Both the position numbers and the translations under genes were made by a program. Shown one piece after another: positions 10,863 to 23,711 of a stretch of DNA of 64,000 nucleotides. Under the pieces are notes generated by a model. That model made no database searches and had not been told where the DNA came from. It saw only the letters and a list, made by a program, of their open reading frames with translations. Origin of the DNA: Chrysomallon squamiferum (Eukaryota; Animalia; Mollusca); assembly GCA_012295275.1 (NCBI GenBank), contig CM022672.1, positions 24,552,001 through 24,616,000 on the forward strand, given 5' to 3'. The stretch's first letter is position 1; each line of letters opens with the position of its first letter.

Positions 10863-13186
10863 TTTAATTTAATATAGTTTTGATGAATTTTTAAATGTAT
10901 TTTTGAGGAATGTATCAGAAATATATAATTTACAGTAACTATTTTTAGTCTGGAATGCTTGTCCATTAACATTATATGTAAACAAATAAAAGATTGAACA
11001 ATATAGAATCACGTTTAGCATGCCAGGATATAACTCTTAATAATTAAATATTTCTAAATGGCAACAAATTATGTCTGGATAAATTAAGTGAATCTTTTAT
11101 TTGTTTTATTTGGTAAATAATATTTACAGTTAATTCAAAAGTATTTCAGTGGGCTTTAAAATATAATAATATGATTGTTTTATAAATAATCTAAAGGGAA
11201 AAAAAATATAGACAGAAATTTAGTCCAGTAGAGTTGTCAAATTAATTTTATATAATGTAAGTAAATACAATAATAATGTTTTGTTTAATAGTTATACCAG
11301 CTACTGTGTCATGATTACTTAACTTTGCAAAATTGTAATGCTTAGCTGTGCTTCTAAGATTTATTCATTATACTTATTTATTTGTTCTTCTGTACTAATT
11401 GTGCAAATATAATAAATTAGTGTTTTCAAAACAGATTTTATTTTTACTTTTATTATTTTCTGTTTTAAAATAGGACAAAAAAAAAAAAATAATTAGATTA
11501 AATTAAAAGAAATGTAAGCAACAATTAATAAAATCAGACAGATATAAAAGATTGTAAACACATTTCCACCACTGTTATGTTCTTTTATCTATTTTATATT
11601 ATTATTATTAATATTACTGCTTTTTTTTTTAAATTTTATAATTCAGTATTTATATTTATTTATTTTATTTTATTATGTTGGATTTGTTCTGGAGGGTTGT
11701 TGAGGGGGGTTTGTTTTTCTTTCCTTTATTATTATTTTTTCTTATTTATTTATTTTATTGTTTTGTTTTTAATTGTTTTTTGTTGTTCTTGTTTTCAAAT
11801 AGAAAAGAAAACTTGTAATGAAGAAAGAAAAATAATAGAATCCATAACAAATGACCATCATTTGTTAGAAAGTATAACTGTTTGTATGTATTATATCTAA
11901 CATTCTCTGTGATCTATAATACAAACTAGATTGCTTGTAGTTCCCAAAACGTTTCAGGACAACTGAAATACAAGCTTGCCATTTGAATAGCATGTAAATA
12001 TATTGGTAGCTAGCACAAAACTAGGAAACATAGGAACTGGATTATATTTTTATCAGTAATGAAAAGAAAATATTTAATGTTACAGAGAAATGTAATTATG
12101 AATGCAATAGAATCAAAAATCATTATTCTGAAAGATTCTCGGATATCTTTGCCCCTAAAATGCAAGACTTGGTGGACAAATCTCTGACAGTACAGTGTGG
12201 TTTACATAAACAAGTATAAATTTGTATATACACACTGTCATACATATGTATATATATTAAATGTTTACATCCTACACACACACACACACACACACATTCG
12301 AGTACCTTGAGATGAATCCACCTACGAATTGTGGACACTTTTCCAATCCCAAATTTTTTTTAATAGATAATGAATATCAAAACTGCTATTTTTTCACAGT
12401 TTTATTATTATTTTTACTGTTATTTGAAAATAGCATGACACTTTGTTTCTGTATAGGCATATGCCATTTCTAGAAGGCATTTCTGTGATCATTAAATTTT
12501 AAATAAATTAAGCTTTATCTATTTTATTATCTAAATAAAAGTTACAGATGTAAACAGTATTGCATCTAATATATTTTTCATAAAAAGTTAATACCAAACA
12601 TGTCCCTTGTTTTCTTTTTAATCATAGCCATCACTTTATGTATAGAGGATAAATGGTTGAATTTACAAAGATCAAGAAAATGCATTGTGTGATCAGAAGA
12701 ACACCACCAGCAATTTTAGCATTGGAAAATGAATTTGTTTTTTATTAATTAATTAATAAGTAAATGTTGTTAAATCACGACTTGACCTGTGTCCAGTTAT
12801 TAAACATCATTATTGAACAATGTGGCAAATACAGAATATGAAAAAATAAATAAATAAAATGAAGTAATAATAATAAAAATTCTCTATTTCCCGAGGACTT
12901 TTTCGATTTTCCTAAATACGAGTCTAAACTATTACATTCATATAATTTATATGAATAAAATAGGACAATAATTTAAAAATATATATATATGTGTAATCTC
13001 CCCATTTTCTCTCATTTTCAATTTATGTTAAGCTCCTAAGTATCTGCTTTCAGCGGTAGCTCTAAGCTGATCAGTTCCCTGCGACTTTGTTCCTTTTCGT
13101 TTTTCATCTTCTTTTCTTTATCTCCGTATCCTTCAGCGGATTGTTCCTTTCCTTCGTTTATCTTAATGTCTTCATTTCTGTATCCT

Positions 13187-13686
13187 TCAACGGATGCTGG
13201 TCAACTGTATCGTCATCTGTATCATACATATTCCGTAGACTAATTCTTTTTGTCTTACACCTAGCGAGCGTTTGCCGAATGCATTTGACATTCCACTTGA
13301 GCAGGATAAATCTGATATCTTAAGACGACAACCAGTTATTTCTTTTATCCTGCAATCCTAAATAATACCAAAACTAAATGAAATACCATTTTAAATACTA
13401 AACCAGCAATCAAATACCAAAGAAGTAATTTTAAACAATGTGTGTGTGTGTGTGTGTGTGTGAGGGTACGTCGAGACGATCCCAGCGTACAACAAAAAGT
13501 AAAAATCGAAACCCATATAACTTGCCAGCAGTCACTTACAAGATGGTCACAGATGAGAAAGTCTGTCCATCTACATTATCAAATGAAGCTGTTTTGGTCA
13601 GATTTAGTGCTTCATTAATGCAACAGAGAAATAAAGAGGTAAGTAGTGCTTTGAGTCAAAAGTACATCAGCTTTTACTAGAAAGGC
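13187..13686 (-). pseudogene. Candidate two-exon small secreted-peptide (pseudo)gene
   Basis: Minus strand: acceptor before 13686, ATG at 13667, donor CTT|GTAAGT at 13539, acceptor TTGCAG at 13350, phase-compatible. Reads MYF*LKALLTSLFLCCINEA...CRLKISDLSCSSGMSNAFGKR..., with an in-frame TGA at codon 4. Confidence 0.25.
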
Positions 13687-14032
13687 CTAGAAAAAATAAA
13701 AATATATATATATATATAAATGGAAAAAGAAAAAAGATAATAATAATAACAATAAATAAATAAACAGATAAATAAACGATGCCAGTAGCTGTCAAAATGC
13801 TATAACCTGGGCTTGTAATGAAGAAACCTGTATTTTGTTAACAGTTTCTAAAGTGAATAAAAGTGGGTTTTATTGTTATTATTGTTTGGTTTTTTCTTCG
13901 TCTAGAAAAACAAAAAAAACAAAAAAACCTAGTTAAATGCTTAAAGTGGTTGGTTTAGGAATGTACAGACCCTAGGCTACATGTACCGTGAGACCCCAAT
14001 TAGTTGAAAAGGGAAAGGGAATAATAATAATA

Positions 14033-14064
<32 letters not shown>

Positions 14065-14640
14065 ATAAATAAATAATAATTAAATTTTTTTATTATTTCA
14101 TCTTAAATTAAAAAAGAAAAATAATGAAACAAATTATTCAGTCATGGTAAACTTTAACAAAATGTTTTTCTATTGATATTTGCAGATAATTCTGATTTTC
14201 AGAAATCATGATTTTCTAATGAGTTTCTGAAACAATCTGCAGACATGATTTCAGATTAAACTCTTTAGAGCAGTGATTCCCAACATGGGGCCTACGCCCC
14301 ACTGGGGGGCAATTCAATAATAGGGGGGGCAATATGAAAAATATAGTAATATCAACAATTTTTATTTTATTTTACCCTATATGGGTAAAAATTATAAATG
14401 TATAGGGTAAAATTGTAATTACAACCTAGCTGAGCACAACAGCTTGTGCAGTCTAGTCAAGTGTTCACCCACTAATGTTATGCATCTGGCACCAGCTATA
14501 TGCGTGGCTTGTGACTTGTTTAAGAAGGTGAGTTTTAGTCAGTTGCTCAACGCTTCCACCGAAGCTAAAAAAACAGAGGAAACTAACTACAACCAAACTA
14601 AATGTGCACAATAAAGCATGGAACCAGTATAAGAGATAGT

Positions 14641-15781
14641 GAAGCTCTGTTAATGGCCTATTTAAGATATGTTGATAATGGAGAATTTATTGAGGATACG
14701 CTATTTTGCAAAGCATTAGAAACCACCACTATTGCAATATAAGAAATCAAAAACATATTTAGATGATAAGCAGATACCAATGGAGAACATTATATCTTGT
14801 GCTGCAGATGGTGCTCCAGTGATGATGGGCAAGAAAAATGGAGTTTTAAAATTATTGAAAGACAACAATCCCCAAATGTTGTTAGTGCATTGCGTTATTC
14901 ATAGACAGAATTTAGTTTCCAAAAAAGTTTCCCCTGTTCTAAACGAGACATTGAATGCAGTTATAAAATACATCAACACTATAAAAGCTAATGCCAAATG
15001 TGAGCATCTTTTCAAACAATTTTGCAAGGATCAAAATGCAGACTATGTAACATTATTACTTTATACTGATGTAAGGTGGTTATCAAAGGGGAATTGCCTG
15101 AAAAGATCCATGGAATTATTTGATATTCTTAGTGAGTTCTTGGATGACAAACCTTATATGACTCTGTTACTGACAGTTGATGGTAAAGCACTTGTCAGTT
15201 ATTTAGCAGACATATTTGAAAAACTCAATGTCTTAAATAAGGAGCTCCAAGGAACAAATACGACTCTTGTTAATTCAAAGGCCAAGATATTTGGCTTTAT
15301 ATCATTTCTGGAATTATCCCAAGAAAATATTTCTGTCAAAAAATTTGAACAATTTTATTGGCTGAATAAATGTGAGGTAACAGATGCTACTTGTCTTGTT
15401 ACTGTGGAGCACTTAAAAATAACGGTAAGCGATTTCAACTTCAGATTTTCTGATTTGAAAGAAATTAATTATCCATCTTGGATGACTCAGCCATTGCTAG
15501 TGGATCTGTTAGATGTAACCATGGAGTATCAAGGAGAACTTTCAGAATTACAAAATGATGACTCGATTAAAGCCCTGTTCAAAATAAAAGGAACAATGAT
15601 CTGGCTCTGTGAAGAAACACAAGCTAAATATCCAAATACAAGTAGTTTGGCAAGAAAACTTCTGTTACCATTCCCATCATCATGCTTAGTGGAATGTGGA
15701 TTTAGTGCTGTGAATGACTTATTACTGAATAAAAGAAACCGACTGGATATCACTAAATGAGGCGACTTGAGATTGAAATTA
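14641..15781 (+). pseudogene. Buster-type hAT transposase pseudogene (ZBED5/SCAND3-like), main part
   Basis: EALLMAYLRYVD..LFCKALETTT, frameshift near 14735, then ADGAPVMMG, HCVIHRQNL, VRWLSKG, FPSSCLVECGFS. Premature TGA at 15758-15760; N-terminus deleted. Confidence 0.9.
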
Positions 15782-18774
15782 TAGTCCGGTGGCAGGGACC
15801 GATAAGTGTGCAAAGTTTTTTTGCTGTTTCTATACCTCCACGATGTGCACTTTAAGAATCTGAACGATGCCACTCTGTCATCCTTGGGCAATCCGCACAA
15901 TATGCAAATTAAGGCCGCCATTACTGAAAATCTTGTTTTCGTCAATATCTCAGTAACTATGCATGGTATCAAAATAATTTTGGTGTCTGTCCCCATGTTT
16001 TGAGGGGTAAAGAATCAGATTAAGCCATTTCAGTCAAGATCACACCAATATTTTGTGCTGAATAGGCATATTAAGGCCGCCATTACTGAAAATCTCGTTT
16101 TCGTCAAATATGCAAAAAGTCGTTACAGAACACCCCTTTACTTATGCTGATGCATGTTGCCATTACTGATTTGACTCAGTCCTCAAACAAGTGACTTTCA
16201 ACAACATTGTCATCAACCCGTCGGGTGTGCTCATTCCGGCAGTGTGCTTCTCCGTGACATCCACAAAACATTGTGCATGGCAAGTGAGCTGTAGAGCATC
16301 CACACATTGCTGTCGAACATGGTGTATCCGTAGCACAACCACACCTTATCATTTCCAGCACCTCCGGTGGAGCAACACTAATGTTTGGTTGCAATGTTAC
16401 TGGGATCAAGCATCTACTGCGTTCGTCACGTTCCCATCCGAACTCGACAGGATCTAATGCTGGAGGTTCTGAGTTGAGAGCTGATTTCCAAATGGCAATC
16501 TGAATGTGCGCCCGCTTTACGTTCTCTTGGAATGCCTCTTTAGAAGGTGGAAGTGACTTAAGCTCTGGAGCCTTTGTCAAATTTGTTCTACCCATCCTTC
16601 GCGACCAGACTTCTCCACGGACCTCAGACATGTTCGATGTCACCAAGCTTTTGACCCCGTATCAGGCAGCCATGAATGCTGTCGCTTCTTCAGTGATGTC
16701 ACCTATGTCCTCAGATAATAAGCCCAATTTGAGCAGTTCTACACCACTCTTAAGGACTTTGATGACAGTACTCCGAAGCACTGAGCCACAGTGTCACAGC
16801 CTGAGATGGCATGGGCGGCTGGCAGTTGTCTATAGTAGTTCGTTCAGCACTTGGTCCTTCCATTGTAAGACGACAGGTCAGGTTCAACTTTGCGTAGAGG
16901 TGCAGCAGGAGGACAAAAACGTCTGTGTCCTCACATACGATGTTGATTCTTTTCACGCCACTCTCAGCTGCCTTAACCATCTGCTGTATGATTATTACAT
17001 CCGCTTCTTCTTGGCAAGTCATGAGATCTTCACTACGGAAGACAATGCCATCCTGGTACAGAGTCAGTAGAGGTAATGACCAGACTGTGTTCATTCGGCT
17101 CGTCCTGTGCTTTCTGGATCAAATTCTGACATATCAGATCTATGACCTGTACCTTATTCTCAGTTACTGTAAGGACAACCTTCTGGGGTGGCAATGGAGT
17201 ATGTAACTGCAGTTTGTGTCGTCGGCTCCCTTCGTCACCAGCTCGAGCTGCCCGCGTTCCACTTTTAATGCTGAAGTCGAAGTAGCGATCAAAGATCAGG
17301 TATGTGTCCTGGCTTGCCACCCTTTTCATCACATTCCTGTGAAGCCGATGACAAAATCTGCCACAGTTCCTTGATTAGGCCAGTTTATAACCCAAAGGAT
17401 AGCACAGCCATCCAGTATTTCTACCTCTGATTTCTCAACCAAACGCTGAGACACAGTCACTTGCAGATTCTTCTTCAGCGTTGATTTCGTAGTAGCGATT
17501 CTCATTTTGCCTTCATCGTCAAACATTGAGGTCGGCACGGGTGACAGTTCATGCGCAAGGACAGTTTTGATATCAATGTCTCGAGACTGTTGCAACCCTA
17601 GTACCCGCGAGTAGATGAGATTCGTGTCATACACATTATTGTTCCCAACCCTTATTGCCTTTCTCTTCACTGCCATGGTCACAACCAACTTGGATAAGGA
17701 TGCATTAAATCCGCCAGGCCAGCTCTTTTCAAATGACACAAGTTGACCATTCCCAATATCCACTATATTATATGCGTTCGCCGTTTCAGGTGCAATCCGA
17801 TCAGTAACGACATTGATCAAACCAGCGGGATGACCAGTTGGATCCAGGGGATCGATGCAAGTCAGAAGTTTATCTCGTATCTTGTCCCTGTCCTTGGCAT
17901 CCGAAGTGATGCGTGATGGCTTCTCTTCTTTATGACTCGTCACCTCCCTCTCTTCACTGTCATCGGACATGTCCGCGATATCTTGAACGATCATGCTGCA
18001 GGTGTGCATACTGTATGCCCATCGTTTTAGGGTTTCGGGCTTCAGGGTTATGCCTATGATTCCATTTGGACCATGCCCATAACGCATGAAGGTTGTCTCT
18101 ATCCACATGTCGGACCAGATCCCGTTCTAGAGTCCCGGCTTGTGACGCATGGTATATTCACCTCTCATGAAGCTCTGAAGCACTTCAGGTGGGAGACACT
18201 TCATTGTACTCAGGTAGTACAACCCGTATCTCGCGTAGTTGAAGTGAGCAGAGGCAAAAAAGTATGGCATCATTTGCTCTACTGCCCAGAGGTGGAATGG
18301 CCAGTCTGCTTCTCTTTCCGCCCGCACGAAGATCATCATGATAAAGACGGGTTGGTGACTGTGACAATGTTGTTGAAAGTCACTTGTTTGAGGACTGAGT
18401 CAAATCAGTAATGGCAACATGCATCAGCATAAGTAAAGGGGATGTTCTGTAACGACTCGGATATACACTGAAGTTGATTTTTGCATATTTTGCAGAAAAT
18501 ATTGGTGTGATCAATACTGTAATGGTTTAATCTGATTCTTTACCCCTAAAAACGTGTATAGACACCAAAATTATTTTGATACCATGCATAGTTACTGAGA
18601 TATTGACGAAAACAAGATTTGCAGTAATGGCGGCCTTAATTTGCATATTGTGCGGATTGCCCAAGGATGACAGAGTGGCATCGTTCAGATTCTTAAAGAG
18701 CACATCTCGGAGGTATAGAAAAAGCAAAAAAAACTTTGTACGGACTGTATTGCAAGGTTCTACAAAAATTTCTA
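15782..18774 (-). mobile_element. Academ-like (AcademX-type) DNA transposon, internally deleted, nested in the hAT transposase
   Basis: TAG...CTA termini, 3-bp TSD TTA (15779-15781, 18775-18777), ~380-400-bp inverted repeats (15811-16212 / 18362-18738). Encodes XPG/PIN-like motifs and a C-terminal Cys-rich finger. Confidence 0.75.
16176..18345 (-). pseudogene. Fragmented Academ-like transposase / XPG-nuclease / Cys8-finger polyprotein
   Basis: ORF pieces 18127-18339, 17329-18108, 17033-17332, 16750-17094, 16176-16646: WPFHLWAVEQMMPYFFASAHFNYARY; ILDGCA; FDRY; QEEADVIII...DTDVFVLL; LPPSKEAF..RAHIQ..W; CGC..C...CGC...LPCTMFCGC. Confidence 0.8.
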
Positions 18775-18777
18775 TTA

Positions 18778-18840
18778 TCAAAATTTCTTCATCGGATAAA
18801 ATCTCTTTGCAGTAGACATCAGACTCAAGGGTGTCATTAA
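18778..18840 (+). pseudogene. Displaced C-terminus of the hAT transposase
   Basis: SKFLHRIKSLCSRHQTQGCH* continues GDLRLKL (ends 15781) in frame once the nested element and one TSD copy are removed. Confidence 0.85.
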
Positions 18841-19185
18841 TTGATTGTAATTGAATTTATTTAATCTGATGGTAGATATGTTATACACATTATAAAATGG
18901 ATTTTATTTGATTAAATTTGAAGTTAAACCCTTTAGTTTTGTTTGAAAGATACAATTTTTTTTATGTTATACTTCTTCAAAACTGATATTGTTATATCAT
19001 ACTAAACAATTAACGGGTGGGGGACATGAAGAATTTGTGATAAAAAAGTGGGACATGGTACTAAAATGGTTGGGAACCACTGCTTTAGAGAAAGCTATGA
19101 TTTACTGCTGATATTTATGCCATTATTAAAATATAAATGCATCTATTCCATCATAATCGTTGATAAACTGTATTGTTGTCTGTTA

Positions 19186-19186
<1 letters not shown>

Positions 19187-19229
<43 letters not shown>
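19187..19229. repeat. (TTA)n microsatellite
   Basis: Direct reading. Confidence 0.9.
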
Positions 19230-19231
<2 letters not shown>

Positions 19232-19259
19232 CAAATAAGAATTACTAGTATAATTTATA

Positions 19260-19420
19260 AGCAAAAAGTTCAGTAGTGGTGTGATATCTCACTAGACTGG
19301 GTTTCCTTCATTCTTTTAATTACGCTAAATACGTAACAAAATAAGTAAGTGCGAAATAGCTTGCGAAAAGTTACAAGCCCGGCAAAGTGTAATTAGTGCT
19401 GAAGATAGTTCCCGAATGTG
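19260..19420 (+). promoter_or_regulatory. Possible promoter / non-coding first exon of gene B
   Basis: Local CpG enrichment in CpG-poor DNA, TCAGT Inr-like motif near 19270, donor AA|GTAAGT at 19345, and a matching acceptor TTTCAG at 19855 just upstream of the ATG. Confidence 0.3.
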
Positions 19421-19883
19421 TTTAGTTGATATCATTAATTGAGATAATTTAGTTACTTTCAAAGAATGCTTGTTGTTATATTTATATTTTTATTATTTTT
19501 TATTTATTAATATTGTTCTTTACAAATCTTGTAAATTATTTCCTACTGATTAGCAGTGTTACAATTACGTTTGAAATAATTATTCTTTGCTCCAGTCAGA
19601 ATTATTTCAAAAGATAATTTGTATATATTTACATTTAAAAAAAAAAAATAAAAAAAATTATTTCAGATTCTGTACACTGAAATGATGCTGTTCGTGCATT
19701 TTAGAATGTAATTTAAAAAAATAATATATATATATATATATGATCTTTTAATAGTTTACTAAAGAAAATATGGATTATTTGTACAACTAGTGAACACAAA
19801 ACAACCTCACAAATGTCGTTATGCATGTTTGATTGCTGTTTTCTTGTATTTTCAGACTGCCTTTGAGAATTAATTTTCTTTAA

Positions 19884-19923
19884 ATGGATAACTTTCTTAC
19901 CCTACAGTTCATTTTGTTTTATG
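19884..19923 (+). CDS. Gene B exon 1 (signal peptide)
   Basis: MDNFLTLQFILFY G|gtaata, phase 1, joins ACLPCQT of the next exon. Confidence 0.65.
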
Positions 19924-22900
19924 GTAATAAGATATTTTCAGTATTTGTTACATTACATTCAATTTAAATGAATTGAATATGTGAAGAAATATCAATACAG
20001 AAGCAAACTCAGTCTTACTGGTAGTATGCTTTAAAATCAGAGAGATCAAGTTTGCTTCTGTTTTTCATGTGGAGAAAGTTTGTTCACTAAGTAACTGAAA
20101 ATAAATTGCTCATAATGGATTTTATTTAAGTTAATGAAAAATGAAATCTATGACATACCATAATTGATTTATACATTTTTTAGGAATTGTTCTTTTTGAT
20201 TAATCATTTAGTCTGAGCTTGTGAGAGTATGTGCAAGGAATGTATTATTTCTTTGTTTTTCAGCATGCTTACCATGTCAGACGAAAGATTGCAAAGCTTA
20301 TCCAGTTAAAATTACTTACTCATCATTTACATCGCAGTTGAGGGACTTACGTAAAGGGTATAACACTCAATCAGTTTGGTGTAGCAGTAGTACTGTAGAA
20401 AATTCAAATGGCGATTTTAATCCATATATGACTGTTGAATTTTCAACTTCCACAAGACTTGTTGGAGTTGGAATACGAGCACCACCTGTAAAACATAAAA
20501 TGTTTGGATTTTTGTCTTTTCGTGTTTTTAAATGGATGAGATATCTTATGTATGATGGTATTAGAGATGGAAATGTAAGGAATAGACAAATGAAGGTAAA
20601 TATTTCACATGCACACAAACACAAAACTGAATATGAATTATTTTTGTAAAGCATTTAAAAGATGGAAAATTTAAGGAACATATATATATTACACATGATT
20701 AACCTGTCAGAAATATATTTTATTGCAGTCAAATAATGTAAATGATGGTCCATGCTAAAGCAAAACTGTATGCTTGGTTTTTTTTAAATTGTCATCATTT
20801 TGTTAACATAATTATAATGTAAAAAAAAGATTAGTATTTGATAAGAAACATCACATGAAATTGAAATTTTGTTTTTTTTCTTTTTTGTCTTCATGTTAAG
20901 ATCCAGATAAATGTCAAAAGATTTATGTAATAAAACACAAATTTAAAATTTTAGTAATTGTTTGGGAAATAACCATGTGCCTGAGGTTAAAGAAAAAAAC
21001 TACTGATAATGACAAGACAGATTCTTTTTTTTTTCTTTTTTGGGGGTTGTTTTTTAATGTCGTATTGCTTTCATGTTGACCACATAGTTAACAGAGAGGA
21101 AACTTGCTGTTCCTGTGCAAAAGACTACTTTTTTTATGCAGGAAAGCATATGTTATATACTGTTTCACTTTGATAAACAAAATTGTTGAGTATTTGCTGG
21201 AGCAAGAACCAGAGCAATTGATCCTGTGACCAATGACTTATCAAGCAATTGCAGTGAACAGTGATAACATAGAAGAAAAAAAACCCACAGTTTTCTGATG
21301 ATGTTCTAGGATAAAGGTTTTGTTTTTTCATCAAAAGCAAGGTTGATTCCCACAAAAAAATAGTTTGTAATAATCCACTGATAGCCAACTATTTTTCATA
21401 GAAAAAAATTATAATCATCAGTTGCATTTGTTGGTATAGAATATTTGCAGTATTAATATTACCTATTTATGAAACAATGTTGCTTTTTCTGGACACAGTA
21501 TAACTAGTGTGAAAAGCTTTTCTTTTTCTTTCAAAACACATCGCAGAAAAAACAAATTAATTCTCTCAAATTTGCATTTTTTTGTTTCAGTCATAAATTA
21601 ATCTTTATTAGAGATGGAGTAAAGGATTTTATTTTCAATATGACCTATGTGTTAAGTTTTTCCATGTTTATATGATGCTATTGCAGAATTTTTCTATAGT
21701 TAGAAAATGTTTATTACTGATAAAAGAACAGTTGCATCAAAGTTAAACCCATAATATTAGTAATATAACCATGAAATCCTGGATATTAAGTAAGATTTTA
21801 ATTGCAGACTTTGTTATGTGATAGAAATTGGTCACTGCTTAACTTAAGAAAGTATAAATTACTACAGTTTAATAGAAATAGAAAACTCTTTTCTGTTGTT
21901 TGCCTAAGTTTGTCAGTATTACATTTATTATTGACCATTTGATTTTATAAAATGTTATAATTTACAAACAGGATTTTCCAGGCTTAACAGAATCAGATAT
22001 TACAAGTGACAAAAGAATGAAACACGCTTTTCCCTATCCTGTTATGACCAAGAAATTGAGAATTTTCTTTAAGCTTGGTCTTGGTCAAGATCATACTTGC
22101 CTGCGAATTGAGTTTTACAAGAATTGTGGTAACTATTGCACAGTCACATATTTTAATATTTTTAAATGATTAAAAAATTTTAAGATTATTGACAAGGATT
22201 TCTGCTAGAAAAAATCTGAACACATGCAGTAAATTTTTGTTTTTAAATTATATATGGCATACCACTTAATGTAGTATAACATGCATACTGCACTGTCAAA
22301 TAACTTGCATTCCTGAACTGGAAACACAAACTGGACTTTGGATGCAAAATATATGGGTCATCATATCAGTCTGACTCAAAAATGCAAAACCTATATACTA
22401 AATTTCCTTGTTAATTTCCGATATATGCTATGCAAAAATTGAAAACTGTGTGGCTTCAGCTATTGTTTTCCTATCAGTTTACTACATTTGCATCATTAAC
22501 AGTCTGGATGAAATTATTTACAACTTACTTACATTTCTTCAAGTTGAAACTATTTGTATACAAAAGAATATATATATTTGTTTAAACTGCCCCCAAATCT
22601 GACTTTCTGCAGGGTACTCGAACCATATTGGGTTTAGAGGTATTCAAAAGGCAAATTCAGATGCCAAGTTTGCTGTGAACTTGCTTCATAAAAACGTGCT
22701 GGTCCCATTTTCTGACTGTATATTATTATTCATTGACAGGATAACAATAGCAAAGCAAGTGCCAACCATGTTTTATTGTGAATTCAGCTATTTTTGAAAT
22801 TTCCAAATAGAGAATAGCATTTCATATATATTTGAAATATGGTATCTCCATTTAATTTTTTTTTTTTTTTTAAGGTACACTAAAAAGAAACATGTGTAAG

Positions 22901-23663
22901 AATAACAAAGCAGGATGTGAACAGAATTGTCATGATACTCCTGGTTCATTTTTCTGCTCTTGTCGTAGAGGCTTTGAACTCTGGCGTAATGGGTTGAATT
23001 GTGTATCACGTATGGATGATATATTATTTAAATACAAGTTAATTAATAAAATATCTTAATAATTAAAATGAAACAAAACCTGTTTCATTAAAAAGAAAGT
23101 TGTAAAGATTATGTGTGGGTAAATATATATAAATTTAAAGAAGGAAGATAAACAGTTATCGCAAACAATTCAAAATTATCAAAGATATCATTAGACCAAT
23201 AGCCGTATTGCTGTGAAGTGAAAAAAAAAGAGAAAGAAAAATACTTCCTATTTTTCTGATCTTTTTATCTCATACCTTTGGGGAAAGGATAATAATTAAA
23301 CTTTTTATTTATTTGTTTTCAGTTAGATAATGAAAATTGGCAGGGATATTACAAAAATAGGTTGTTGTAGGCGAGTTTTGTGAAATGACGTCTTAAACTA
23401 AATACCACTGGACATACTCTGTGATATCATTATTATTTATCTCATTTACAAATTTCATTATTTAATATTTTGTATTGAGAACCATCAATTAAAAATTTAT
23501 TTTCTTTTTTTCACAAATATTAATGATACTGTTTCCCACAGAGAACATTATTCTTTAATTGTGCTATATTAATAAACATTTTTTAAATTCATGTTACCCA
23601 CATGTCTAAGCTGACATATATCACAGATCATTGATTAATGCAGTTCTAAAATATTTTTTAAAC

Positions 23664-23711
<48 letters not shown>

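Larger units (their letters stand above)
14271..19082 (+). mobile_element. hAT DNA transposon, Buster-type, non-autonomous, with nested insertion
   Basis: TIRs CAGTGATTCCCAAC / GTTGGGAACCACTG; perfect 8-bp TSD CTTTAGAG (14263-14270, 19083-19090) with central TA, as typical of Buster elements. Confidence 0.93.

Noticed and set aside
11577-11900. Hydrophobic F/I/L-rich ORF suggesting a membrane protein (similar ones at 24408, 6727, 4453)
   Set aside because: Low-complexity T-rich non-coding DNA
15529-16003. ORFs 15529-15996 (-) and 15806-16003 (+), and their look-alikes at 18527-18815
   Set aside because: They are the two arms of the inner transposon's inverted repeat read in various frames, not a duplicated gene
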